The position numbers were made by a program, and so were the translations under genes. Of a stretch of 26,976 nt of DNA, positions 19,201 through 26,976 are shown one piece after another. The number at the start of each line of letters is the position of its first letter. Positions within the stretch are counted from its first letter, which is position 1. The stretch spans positions 1 to 26,976 of the forward strand of contig JBKJLC010000221.1 of NCBI GenBank assembly GCA_046597055.1, read 5' to 3'. Under the pieces are notes generated by a model. It saw only the letters and a list, made by a program, of their open reading frames with translations. It searched no databases and was not told the origin of the DNA. Source of the DNA: Kofleriaceae bacterium (GTDB taxonomy: Bacteria; Myxococcota_A; Polyangia; Haliangiales; Haliangiaceae).

Positions 19201-22200
19201 GCGTGGTCTGTCGCGATCGCCTCGGCGATCCGGCGCGCGCGCTGCAGGCCTACGAGCGCGTGCTCGCGATCGATCCGCACCACGACGAGGCGCTGGCCGC
19301 CGCCGCCGATCTGCACGAGCGGCTCGGCGACTTCAGGAGCGCGATCCGGGTGCTCGAGCGCCGGATGACGCGCATCGAGGACGTCCGCCACAAGAAGGCG
19401 CTGCTGGCGCGGCTGGCCACGCTCACCGCCGAGAAGCTCGGCGACCAGAAGGCCGGCTTCAGGTACTGGCGCCGGGCCCACGACGAGGCGCCCGACGCGA
19501 GCACGCTGGCCGAGCTCAAGCGCGCCGCCGAGGCCTACGGGCTGTGGCGCGAGCTGGCCGAGGTGTGGAGCGACGAGCGCAGTCGCCTGCTCACAGCCGG
19601 GGGTGGCGGCGTGCCGTCCGACCTCGACGCCTACGTCGGCGCCAGCCGCGAGCTCGCCAGCGTGTGCGAGCGGCGGCTGTCGGACCGGCCGCGCGCGATG
19701 ACCGCGCTGCACGAGGCGCTCGCGGTCGCGCCGCGCGACGCCGCGCTCCTGGCCGAGGCCGAGCGGCTGGCCGCCGAGGGCGATCAGCGGCCGCTGTGGA
19801 AGCAGCTCACCGACGGCTACGACCTGGCGCTGCGAGCGGCACCGGCGGCGGCCCGGGTCGAGCTGCACCAGAAGAAGGGCCGCGTGCTCGACGAGCGGCT
19901 GGGCGAGCCCAAGCCGGCCGCGGCCGAGCTGCTCGCGGCGTTCGCGTGGGCACCCGATCGCGATGACCTGCGCCAGAGCCTGTACAAGCTCGCCGAGAAG
20001 AACCGCACCTGGGGTGACGTGATCGCGGTCGAGACCGCGCTGGCCGAGCGCGCCGACGGCGCCGACCGGCTGGCCGCGCTGCGCCGTCGCGCCCAGGTCA
20101 TCGAGGAGCACCTGAAGGACCTGCCGCGGGCGTTCCGCGGTCACCTGGTCGGGTTCCTGCTCGCGCCCGAGGACGCCGACACCCTCGCTCATCTGTGGCG
20201 GCTGGCGCGCGCGATCGGCCGCTACCGCGAGGCGGACCGGACCCCCAAACCCGAGGCCGCGCCGGCGATCATCCACGACGGACGCGGTGACGGACGCGGT
20301 GACGGACGCGGTGGCGACGGCTCGCCGCTCGGGCGCGCCGGGTTGTTCGCGGCCCCGGCCGCGCCGGCGGTCGCCGCGGCGCCAGCGGGCACCGGACGTC
20401 ACCAGCGCCGGGCGTCGACCGAGGAGCTCGGCGAGCACGACCTGCGTCGCGGGCGCACGACCCGGCCGTCAGGCGTTTCCGACGACGACGTGCCGAGCGA
20501 CGAGGACCTCGCGGTCGGCGACTCGACCCAGCCGATCGACCTCGACGAGCTGCTGCCACACGCCGGCCAGACCGGGCCGCAGCCGATCGTGGCGCCGGCG
20601 CCCGTGACCATCGGCTCGACCCGCCCCGAGCGCAACGACCGCACGATGGAGCTCGACATCGGCGACCTGGCGCCGGCGACCGGGCTCACGCGGACCGGCC
20701 GCACGCCCGGCGGGCTGCCCGGGCTGCCCGGGGTGTTCACGCGCACCAAGCTGCCGCCGCCGCCGCCCAAGGCGCCCCGGATCGAGCCCCGCGCGGGCGG
20801 ACCCACCAGCACGACCATGCCGGCGCCGGTCCCGCGCAAGGCGCAGGCGACCGTGCGTCGCCCGCCGCTGCCGCAGCTGCCTGTGCGTGCGTACGAGTCG
20901 CCGTGGGAAGAGCTCGCGGCCGCGTACGAGTCGCTGCCCGCGGTCGATCCCGGCGCGCGCACGCGCTGGCTCTACCGCGCCGCCGACGCCTGGGAGAACG
21001 GCGCCCACGACATCCCGCGCGCGTTCGACACCCTGGCCCGCGCGCTCGGCAAGGCCGGCGCCGAGCCCGGCGGGGTCGGCGAGGCCCGCGCCCGCCTGCA
21101 CCGCCTCGCCGCGGATCACGAAGGCTGGGATCGCCTGGCCGAGCTCTACGAGTCGCTGGCCGAGGAGTCACACACCGCCGAAACCGCGGCCGACCTGCTG
21201 CTCGAGGTCGCCGCGATCCGCGAGCGCCAAGGCCACGCGAGCAAGGCCGAGGCCCAGTATCGCCGCATCCTCGGCATGCGGCCCGACGACGGCAACGCGC
21301 GCGGCCGGCTCGAGGCCCTGTACCGCAGCGGTGGGCGCTGGGTCGAGCTGGCCGCCTCGCTCGAGGAGCGCACCGATCCCCGGCTGGGCTCGGCCGCGCC
21401 CGACACCGAGCGGCCGGCGCTGCTGCGCGAGCTGGCGTCGATCTACGTCGACCACCTCGGCCATCCCCACGACGGCATCGACACCCTCGAGCGGCTGCGC
21501 CAGCTGGCGCCGACCGACGTCGGCGTGCTGCGCGATCTCGGCGGGCTCTACGCGCGGGTCGGGCGCTGGTCGAAGGTGATCGAGACCCACGCGCGCATCG
21601 GCGACATCGCCGAGGGCACCCCCGAGGCGCGCGAGGCCATGCGCAAGGTCGCCGTGATCTACGAGGCCGAGCTCGAGCTGCCCGAGCGCGCGATCGACAC
21701 CTACCAGAACCTGGTCGGGCAGTGGCCCGACGACGTCGACGCCTACGCCGCGCTCGATCGGCTGTGCGAGGCGCAGGCGCGCTGGCCCGACCTGGTCGAG
21801 ATCCTGCGCCGCCGCGCCGCGCTGGCCCGCGCGCCCGAGGACCGCGCGCACCTGCTGGCCCGCCGCGCCGGGATCCAGATGGACTGGCTGGGCGCGCCCG
21901 AGGAGGCCGCGACCGCGCTCCGCCACGCGCGGACCATCCTCCCCGACGACGCCGATCTGGCCGATCGACTGGTGACCGCGCTGGTCGCGGCGGCCCGCCA
22001 TCGCGAGGCGGCCGCGGTGCTCGAGGGCCGCATCGGCGCCGCCGCCGAGCGCGGGACCGGCGCCGGCGATCTCGCCGCGCTGCTGATCCGCCTGGCCCAG
22101 GTCCGCGCCGACGGCCTGGGCGATCCAGCCGGGGCCCGCGCCGCGCTCGACCGCGCGATCGCGCTGGTCCCCGATCACCCGACCGCGCTCGCCTCGCTCG

Positions 22201-24803
22201 GCAAGCTGACCACCGCCGACGAGGACCCGCGCGCGTTCGTCGCCAACAAGCTGCGCGAGGCCGAGGCCGCCACCGACGACGACGTCAAGGTCGACGCGCT
22301 CTACGCCGCCGGCGTCGCGCTGCGCGATCGGGTCGCCGATCCGACCACCGCGCGCGCGACCTTCGAGCGCATCATCGCGATCCGCGCCTACCACGCCGAC
22401 GCGATCTGGGCCCTGGCCGGCCTGATCGAGCAGGGCGGAGATCCCGAGACCGCGGCCCGGCTGCTCGAGGGCCGGCTCGACAGCGGCCAGCTCGAGCCGG
22501 CCGAGCGCGCCCGGATCCTGACCCAGCTCGCGGCGCTGGCCCGCCACGCCGGGATCGAGCTGGTCGCCGAGCGCCGGCTGTCGGAGGCGCTCGACGCCGA
22601 CGCCGGCCACGTGCCGGCCCTGATCGCGCTCGCCGATCTGTACGCGGACTCGGGCCGCTGGGACGATCTCGAGGGCTTCCTGCGCGAGACGCTCGCCGAG
22701 GGCCTGCCCGACGCGACCCCGCCGGTCACCGCCGAGCTGCACCGCCGGCTGGCCCAGGCCTACGAGCGGCTCGGCCGCGAGGACGACGCCTACGAGACGC
22801 TGCTCACCGCCGACCGCCTGCACCGCGGCCACCTGCTGATCAAGCTCGCGCTCGGCGAGAACCGCTACAAGGCCCGGCGCTGGCGCGAGGCCGCGCTGCA
22901 CCTGGGCGCGCTGGCCAGCCACGACGAGGCCGCGCGCTATGCCAGCGAGGTCGCGCAGGGCCTCTACCACGCCGCCCTCGCCGAGATCCGCAGCCTGCGG
23001 CCCGAGAAGGCGCCGCCGCTGTACGCGCGCGCGCTCGAGCTGCGCCCGAGCTACGCCCCGGCGCTGCAGGCGATGGCCGAGCTGGCGATGGAGCAGAACG
23101 ATCCGCGCCGCGCCGCCGACCTGCTCACGCGCCAGGCGATGGCGACCGAGGAGCCGGCCGAGCGCATGCGCCTGTTCGAGGCGCTGGGCGACATGGCGCT
23201 CATGATGCTGTCCGACGAGGCCCGGGCCCGGGTCTGCTACGAGGCCGCGGTCGCCGCCGCGCAGCCGCTCGACACCAAGCACGTGCCGCTGCTCGAGAAG
23301 CTGCTCGAGCGCCAGGACCTCGCCGGCGATCACCTCGGCGCCGGCAAGACCGCCGAGCTGATGTCGGCGTTCGGCACCACCGCGGCCGAGCGCGGCGCCC
23401 GCCTGGCCCGCGCCGCCGGCGACTACCTGGCCGGGGGCGATCGCGAGCGCGCCCGCGCCGCCGCCGAGCGCGCGGTCGCCGCCGACCCGTACGATCTGAG
23501 CGTGGTCGAGATCGCGAGCGAGCTGCAGGTCACGGCCGGCGACCTCGACGCCGCCGCCGAGGTGCTCGGCCGCTGCCTGTCGAGCAAGGACGACGGCGAC
23601 GAGGTGGTGCGCGCCCGCAAGTCGGCGCTGTGGCTGCGGCTCGGCGACGTCCGCCGCGACCGCGGCGACGCCAAGAGCGCCCAGGCCTCGTACGAGCGCG
23701 CGGTGGCGATCGCGCCCGAGACCGCGGCCGCGATCGGCGCCCGCCGCCAGCTGGCGACGATGTTCCACGGTGACAACGCGCGCCGGGTCGAGCTGATCGA
23801 GCTGCGCCGCGAGCTGACCGCCGCCACCACCCAGACCGACGACGTGGTCGCCTGGGCCGACGAGCTGCGCCGGGCCGGCCGCAACGACGCTGGCCGGGCC
23901 GCGCTCGATCTCGCGATCGCGCTCGGGGTGAAGCCGGACCTGCACCAGGCCGCGTTCCTCTCGATCCAGAAGCCGCACGAGCTCGCGATCGACGAGGGCT
24001 ACAAGGCCGTGGTCGACGCCGAGGCCCGCGCCGGGTTCCTCACCGATCCCGACGATCGCCCGCTCGGCCCGGTGTTTGCGACCCTGGCCGAGGCCGCCAG
24101 CCTGCTGTGGCCCGATCCCGAGGAGGCCCTGGTCCGCGCTGGCGCGGGGGGTGCCCGCCGCATGGGCGCGACCGCGCCGGTGCGCGCTGCGGTCGCCTAC
24201 CCGCGCATCGCGGCCGCGCTCGGCACCGGTCCGGTCCTCATGTACGTGCGCGACGACGCCAGCGCCCCGCCGGTGCAGCTGGTGTGCGCCAGCACGGCCA
24301 TCGTGGTGCTCGGCCCCGGCGCCGCCGAGATCGACGGCGCCATCCGGTTCGCGCTCGGCCGCGCCGCCGAACTGTCGCGGCCCGAGCGGATGATCGTCGC
24401 CGGCCTGGCCGAGGCCGAGGTCCGCTCGCTGTTCGCCGCGCTGGTGCGCTCGTTCGCGCCGGCGGCCAGCCACGCAGCGGTCCGCACCCTGTACGCCGAT
24501 CCCGACGTCCAGCGCGCCCGCGACGAGGCGCTGCGCGGCGCGCTGCCGGTCAAGCTTCGCCACCGGTTCGAGCAGCACTTCGCCGACCTCGCCCCGGCCG
24601 ACCTCGACCTCGGCGCCTACCTCGCCGCCACCCACCGGGTCGCCGACCGCGCCGGCCTCCTGGTATCCGGAGACGCCGCGGCCGCGGTCGCGGCCTCGAC
24701 CGCCCGCGGCGCCGGCGCCGAACCCATCATCCGCGCCGTCGCTGCCGCCGCCTACCTGCCGCTGCGCGCCCGCCTCGGCGTCGGCGTCCGCTCAGGCAGC
24801 TGA
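16218..24803 (+). CDS. Giant TPR-repeat protein (~2860 aa), similar in architecture to the myxobacterial AgmK class
   Basis: Many TPR-like units (e.g. ALQAYERVLAIDPHHDEALAA, AIALYEEVIELSPNDDGALKALAELYE), a central Pro/Asp/Thr-rich linker, and a C-terminal domain with RFALGR...ADRAGLL. The start is uncertain (GTG 16218 or 16170); an extended -10-like TGTTACGCT lies at 16197-16205. Confidence 0.88.
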   Translation: MSQRHDDTPTRPTPFAVADVDAFRKDPRDERRFATLRQALRDGGQGAALADVCELRAPFEPNPTRAAEIWAEAGEARAVLGQVTLAERDLRAAVALEPANERACARLVEMFFTAGKFAEAGDILEGELAELARRAEAPAPTPIPRSAASPSDKASLVRRAHRHRMAAQVWDEHLGRVDRALYHWQQAWRLEPERTDALAAARTLYASLGDDAMVATLYRAELDVLGDKAPPIGRAQLWLALGKIELRRGDAAAAAAALEQALRLDPGAASAREVLAEVYASPALAEASEDPGAGARKAGAIYIELGKAALGRGDLEHGLIFLRRAVGIDPFDPGATAELEQALRAAGKWEELERVLAQRISLTEDEAERVELLTRKIELHERERPDRAALIAALGELSLHQPPHGPAATRLRQLLREDQRWAELAALIERDLAGHADDLQAQVAETLELAALTREHLGEKDRSAELLHQALSLDPSNEDALARYVDHFRERRDFRGLADLYEFSLENARESGSQPADLVRRLEEIAQICELRLGDVPRALDAWRRIEEIEPGSPKAREAVRRLSARAKMWEQLVAVLDGEAQAAASSSERAGTLRRIAQTYRERQVEPRRAIALYEEVIELSPNDDGALKALAELYERENDDTGLARTLRRQLELDNRRLAAEMAAAGKPATAAREWPVGKRVERLTVLRRLGGMCEHRLADADGVVFACGGILEILPGDRDALDRMERVLEQAGDLERLEQTLEYHAASATGPAERARVHRRLAKMAADAGHDTRALERWEQALKAAPTDEEILAAVADLYEKAHRFGELASALERLDAVRYPSTTAPPAPGSAPAALRARDLTRYARIVDDKLGDGQRAIKAWERLRDATPRDRAALDALARLYRGAARYRELAELLAVHVEVFAVDDVARATAAARERATVLAERLGATEDAIRQLERLVAELDPTDLDAHTMLRRLHEVRGDYQAAVKVAERELYLVAEPAAKIVRALEIGVVCRDRLGDPARALQAYERVLAIDPHHDEALAAAADLHERLGDFRSAIRVLERRMTRIEDVRHKKALLARLATLTAEKLGDQKAGFRYWRRAHDEAPDASTLAELKRAAEAYGLWRELAEVWSDERSRLLTAGGGGVPSDLDAYVGASRELASVCERRLSDRPRAMTALHEALAVAPRDAALLAEAERLAAEGDQRPLWKQLTDGYDLALRAAPAAARVELHQKKGRVLDERLGEPKPAAAELLAAFAWAPDRDDLRQSLYKLAEKNRTWGDVIAVETALAERADGADRLAALRRRAQVIEEHLKDLPRAFRGHLVGFLLAPEDADTLAHLWRLARAIGRYREADRTPKPEAAPAIIHDGRGDGRGDGRGGDGSPLGRAGLFAAPAAPAVAAAPAGTGRHQRRASTEELGEHDLRRGRTTRPSGVSDDDVPSDEDLAVGDSTQPIDLDELLPHAGQTGPQPIVAPAPVTIGSTRPERNDRTMELDIGDLAPATGLTRTGRTPGGLPGLPGVFTRTKLPPPPPKAPRIEPRAGGPTSTTMPAPVPRKAQATVRRPPLPQLPVRAYESPWEELAAAYESLPAVDPGARTRWLYRAADAWENGAHDIPRAFDTLARALGKAGAEPGGVGEARARLHRLAADHEGWDRLAELYESLAEESHTAETAADLLLEVAAIRERQGHASKAEAQYRRILGMRPDDGNARGRLEALYRSGGRWVELAASLEERTDPRLGSAAPDTERPALLRELASIYVDHLGHPHDGIDTLERLRQLAPTDVGVLRDLGGLYARVGRWSKVIETHARIGDIAEGTPEAREAMRKVAVIYEAELELPERAIDTYQNLVGQWPDDVDAYAALDRLCEAQARWPDLVEILRRRAALARAPEDRAHLLARRAGIQMDWLGAPEEAATALRHARTILPDDADLADRLVTALVAAARHREAAAVLEGRIGAAAERGTGAGDLAALLIRLAQVRADGLGDPAGARAALDRAIALVPDHPTALASLGKLTTADEDPRAFVANKLREAEAATDDDVKVDALYAAGVALRDRVADPTTARATFERIIAIRAYHADAIWALAGLIEQGGDPETAARLLEGRLDSGQLEPAERARILTQLAALARHAGIELVAERRLSEALDADAGHVPALIALADLYADSGRWDDLEGFLRETLAEGLPDATPPVTAELHRRLAQAYERLGREDDAYETLLTADRLHRGHLLIKLALGENRYKARRWREAALHLGALASHDEAARYASEVAQGLYHAALAEIRSLRPEKAPPLYARALELRPSYAPALQAMAELAMEQNDPRRAADLLTRQAMATEEPAERMRLFEALGDMALMMLSDEARARVCYEAAVAAAQPLDTKHVPLLEKLLERQDLAGDHLGAGKTAELMSAFGTTAAERGARLARAAGDYLAGGDRERARAAAERAVAADPYDLSVVEIASELQVTAGDLDAAAEVLGRCLSSKDDGDEVVRARKSALWLRLGDVRRDRGDAKSAQASYERAVAIAPETAAAIGARRQLATMFHGDNARRVELIELRRELTAATTQTDDVVAWADELRRAGRNDAGRAALDLAIALGVKPDLHQAAFLSIQKPHELAIDEGYKAVVDAEARAGFLTDPDDRPLGPVFATLAEAASLLWPDPEEALVRAGAGGARRMGATAPVRAAVAYPRIAAALGTGPVLMYVRDDASAPPVQLVCASTAIVVLGPGAAEIDGAIRFALGRAAELSRPERMIVAGLAEAEVRSLFAALVRSFAPAASHAAVRTLYADPDVQRARDEALRGALPVKLRHRFEQHFADLAPADLDLGAYLAATHRVADRAGLLVSGDAAAAVAASTARGAGAEPIIRAVAAAAYLPLRARLGVGVRSGS
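20277..20312 (+). repeat. In-frame tandem repeat, 3 x GACGGACGCGGT (DGRG)
   Basis: Three perfect 12-bp units at 20277, 20289 and 20301. Confidence 0.95.
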
Positions 24804-24813
24804 CCGGGTTCAT

Positions 24814-25042
24814 CCCCGTTCACCCTGAGACGGTTGATCAAATAGCCTCGGGCCGGCCGAGCTCACCCCGGTTCGCCCTGAGCGCAGCGCGAAGCGCGGA
24901 GTCGAAGGGCGCCCTTCCTCCGATCTGGAGGGCGTCCTTCGACTTCGCCCGTCGCTCCGCGCCGGGCTGCGCTCAGGACGAACGGGGAGAACCGCAGTCG
25001 CGGCGCCATGCTGGCCAACCGCTCAGGACGAACGGGGTGAGC
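24814..25042. repeat. Second REP-like palindrome cluster
   Basis: Inverted pair GCCCTGAGC...GTCGAAGGG (24875-24909) and GTCCTTCGAC...GCTCAGGACGAACGGGG (24934-24987). Extra half-sites at 24814-24829 and 25021-25042. Shares long blocks with 4543-4757. Confidence 0.85.
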
Positions 25043-25057
25043 TGGGCCGTGCGGGTA

Positions 25058-25756
25058 CTACCCGCCGGCCAGCCGGCGGCGTAGCTCGGGCAGCGAGCGC
25101 CGGCTGATCCGCGCGCGCTGGCCGTCGTCGAGCTCGACCGTGCCACCGTCGCCAGCCTCGTGGACGGCGCGCACCCGGCCGAGCTGGATCAGCTCGCCGC
25201 GGTGGACGCGCACGAAGCCCCAGGGCGCCAGCCGATCGGCCAGCGCGGCCAGCGCCTCGTCGAGCAGGTGCTCGACGCCGTCGACGACGAACGCGGTGTA
25301 CTTCTGCTCCGACCAGAACCGGGTGATCGCGGTCGCCGGGTAGACGTGGACCCGATCGCCCTGGCGCGCCATCATCCGCGGCGGCGCGGCCGGCGCAGCG
25401 GCCAGGCGGGCCCGGGCCCGGTCGAGCGCGCGGGCCAGCTTGGCGAGGCCGACCGGCTTGAGCAGGTAGTCGATCGCCGACGCGTCGAAGGCGTCGACCG
25501 CGTGCTCGGCGTGCGCAGTCGTGAACACCACCGCCGGGCGCGCCTCGAGCAGCCGCGCCAGCGCCAGCCCGTCGGTGCCGGGCATCCGGATGTCGAGCAG
25601 CACGACATCGGGATCGAGCCGCCCGATCGCGAGCAGCGCCTCGTCGGCATCGCCGGCCTCACCGACCACCTCGGCGTCGCCCAGCTCGGCGACCAGCCGC
25701 GCCAGCCGCCGCCGCGCCGGCGGCTCGTCGTCGACGATCAGCACGCGCAGGGTCAC
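25058..25756 (-). CDS. LytTR-family response regulator
   Basis: REC domain LIVDDEPPARRRL, LLDIRMPGTDG, FTTAH and DYLLKP; LytTR domain FVRVHRGELI...ISRR. GTG 25756 overlaps the kinase TGA. 232 aa. Confidence 0.93.
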   Translation of the reverse strand: MTLRVLIVDDEPPARRRLARLVAELGDAEVVGEAGDADEALLAIGRLDPDVVLLDIRMPGTDGLALARLLEARPAVVFTTAHAEHAVDAFDASAIDYLLKPVGLAKLARALDRARARLAAAPAAPPRMMARQGDRVHVYPATAITRFWSEQKYTAFVVDGVEHLLDEALAALADRLAPWGFVRVHRGELIQLGRVRAVHEAGDGGTVELDDGQRARISRRSLPELRRRLAGG

Positions 25757-26865
25757 GTCGCCGGCCCCGCGGGCATGGTGATCGCGGCGCGCCAGCCCGC
25801 GGGCGGCGCCGGCCCGACCTCGAGCCGGCCGTGCGCGCCGAAACCCAGCGCCAGCCGCGCCGCCAGATCGGCCAGCGCGGTGCCGGCGCCCGGTCGCGAC
25901 GGGCCCACCGGCGCGCCGCCGCCCTCGGCCGGCTGATCCTCGACCGCCAGCTCGATCGCGTCGCCGCGGCGGTGGATCGACACCACCACCGCGGTCGCGC
26001 CCTTGCGCCGCTGCGCGCCGTGCCGGACCGCGTTCTCGGCGAGCGGCTGCAGCGCCAGCGGCGGGATGGCCAGCCCGGTCAGATCCGCGTCGCACTCGAC
26101 CCGCCAGCGCAGCCGATCGCCGAGCCGGGCCGCCTCGACCGCGAGGTAGGCCTCGACTGCGGCCAGCTCGTCGGCCAGCGCGACCGTGGGCCGTCGGCCG
26201 GCGTCGAGCGCGTAGCGGAAGACGTCGGCGAGCCGCTCCAGCGTACGCTCGGCCAGCGCCGGATCTTCGGGGATGAGCGCCGCCACCGTGTTGAGGCTGT
26301 TGAACAAGAAGTGCGGATCGGTGCGCGCCTGCAGCGCGGCCAGCTCCGCGCGCAGCGCGGCCACGCGCGCTTGCGCGGCCCGGCGCTCGGACGCGAGCGC
26401 ACGCGCCTTCATCTCGTCGACCGCCACCTGCACCCCGATCACGACCGCCGACACGACGATCAGGGTCGACCACAGCCGGGTCCGGACCTCGGCGGCCGAA
26501 CTGCCCCACAGCAGCTCGAACGCGGCCCCCGCCAGGTAGGTCGCCGGCACCACCGCGATCGCGATCGCCGCCGCGTGGCCCGCGATGCGGACCGGCCAGC
26601 CCGGCTTGCGCACGATCAGGCGTGGCCAGAGCAGCCGGTACTGCAACTCGAACAGCCCGGCACCGCAGAGCATCACCACGAATGCGTGCTGGTAGCTCTC
26701 CCACAGCTCGGGCAGCACCGGCTCGTCGCTGCGCAGGCCGATCATCGCGATCGCGAGCGGGAGGATCAGGTAGATCAGCGCGTGCGCGGCCAGCTCGCGG
26801 CGCCAGCCACCCGGTTCACGGGTGAGGTGCCACAGGCCACGCCACGGGACCTCGCCAGTCGCCAT
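25753..26865 (-). CDS. LytS/YehU-family sensor histidine kinase
   Basis: N-terminal TM helices, H-box ALQARTDPHFLFNSLNTV, YLAVEAARLGDRL and LQPLAENAVRHG. ATG 26865 is preferred because GTG 26886 lies within intron domain VI. Confidence 0.92.
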   Translation of the reverse strand: MATGEVPWRGLWHLTREPGGWRRELAAHALIYLILPLAIAMIGLRSDEPVLPELWESYQHAFVVMLCGAGLFELQYRLLWPRLIVRKPGWPVRIAGHAAAIAIAVVPATYLAGAAFELLWGSSAAEVRTRLWSTLIVVSAVVIGVQVAVDEMKARALASERRAAQARVAALRAELAALQARTDPHFLFNSLNTVAALIPEDPALAERTLERLADVFRYALDAGRRPTVALADELAAVEAYLAVEAARLGDRLRWRVECDADLTGLAIPPLALQPLAENAVRHGAQRRKGATAVVVSIHRRGDAIELAVEDQPAEGGGAPVGPSRPGAGTALADLAARLALGFGAHGRLEVGPAPPAGWRAAITMPAGPAT

Positions 26866-26976
26866 TGGTAGATTCTGCCCTTTCACTTGGGGACTTGCGT
26901 CGTAGGTGAAAGGGCAGAACCCCCTTTCAAACCGTGCGTGCGGATTACCCGCACACGGCTTACCGGTGATCTCTCG
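26864..26976 (-). mobile_element. 3' end of a group II intron (domains V and VI); the rest lies beyond the window
   Basis: Minus strand 26961-26929 AAGCCGTGT-GCGG-GTAAT-CCGC-AC-GCACGGTTT is a domain V with AGC triad and AC bulge. It is followed by GAAAGGGGG and a domain VI hairpin with a perfect 14-bp stem (26919-26906 / 26886-26873), a bulged A at 26869 and the end ...CTACCAAT. Confidence 0.9.

Noticed and set aside
21168..24635. Long antisense and alternate-frame ORFs (e.g. 21168-24635 -, 20903-23773 +, 18111-20438 -, 5165-7453 +)
   Set aside because: They are shadow ORFs expected from high-GC codon bias, with no recognisable motifs, and they overlap well-supported genes.
26866..26886. ORF-track start GTG 26886 for the histidine kinase
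   Set aside because: It lies within the intron domain VI stem; ATG 26865 is the more plausible start.
26873..26930. 14-bp inverted repeat with an alternative pairing, read as a riboswitch, terminator or operator
   Set aside because: It directly follows a canonical domain V and has the bulged A and AY end, so group II intron domain VI explains it better.

Overview
A very GC-rich bacterial window whose gene content (giant TPR protein, PEGA-type kinase-like protein, PilZ-like/J-domain fusion, Cys/Asp-rich lipoprotein) suggests a myxobacterium; the taxon is an inference. In order it holds: the 3' part of a lipoprotein gene; a manC-manB/algC-ROK kinase operon; a REP-like palindrome cluster; a four-gene overlap-coupled minus-strand operon (membrane pseudokinase, PilZ-like/J-domain/TPR protein, divergent lidless Hsp70-like protein, thioredoxin-fold lipoprotein); asnS coupled to a truncated ornithine-cyclodeaminase-like gene; a collapsed MDR-oxidoreductase pseudogene missing from the ORF track; a hypothetical protein; an aldo/keto reductase; a HAD phosphatase; a delta-9-type desaturase; a ~2860-aa TPR protein; a second REP cluster; and a LytS/LytTR two-component pair. 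The last ~110 bases carry domains V and VI of a group II intron on the minus strand, whose 3' end appears to supply the ATG of the kinase gene. The most notable points are this intron at a start codon, the pseudokinase-J-Hsp70-thioredoxin operon, and recurrent TANNNT boxes 6-9 nt before start codons that suggest leaderless transcripts. No database searches were run.
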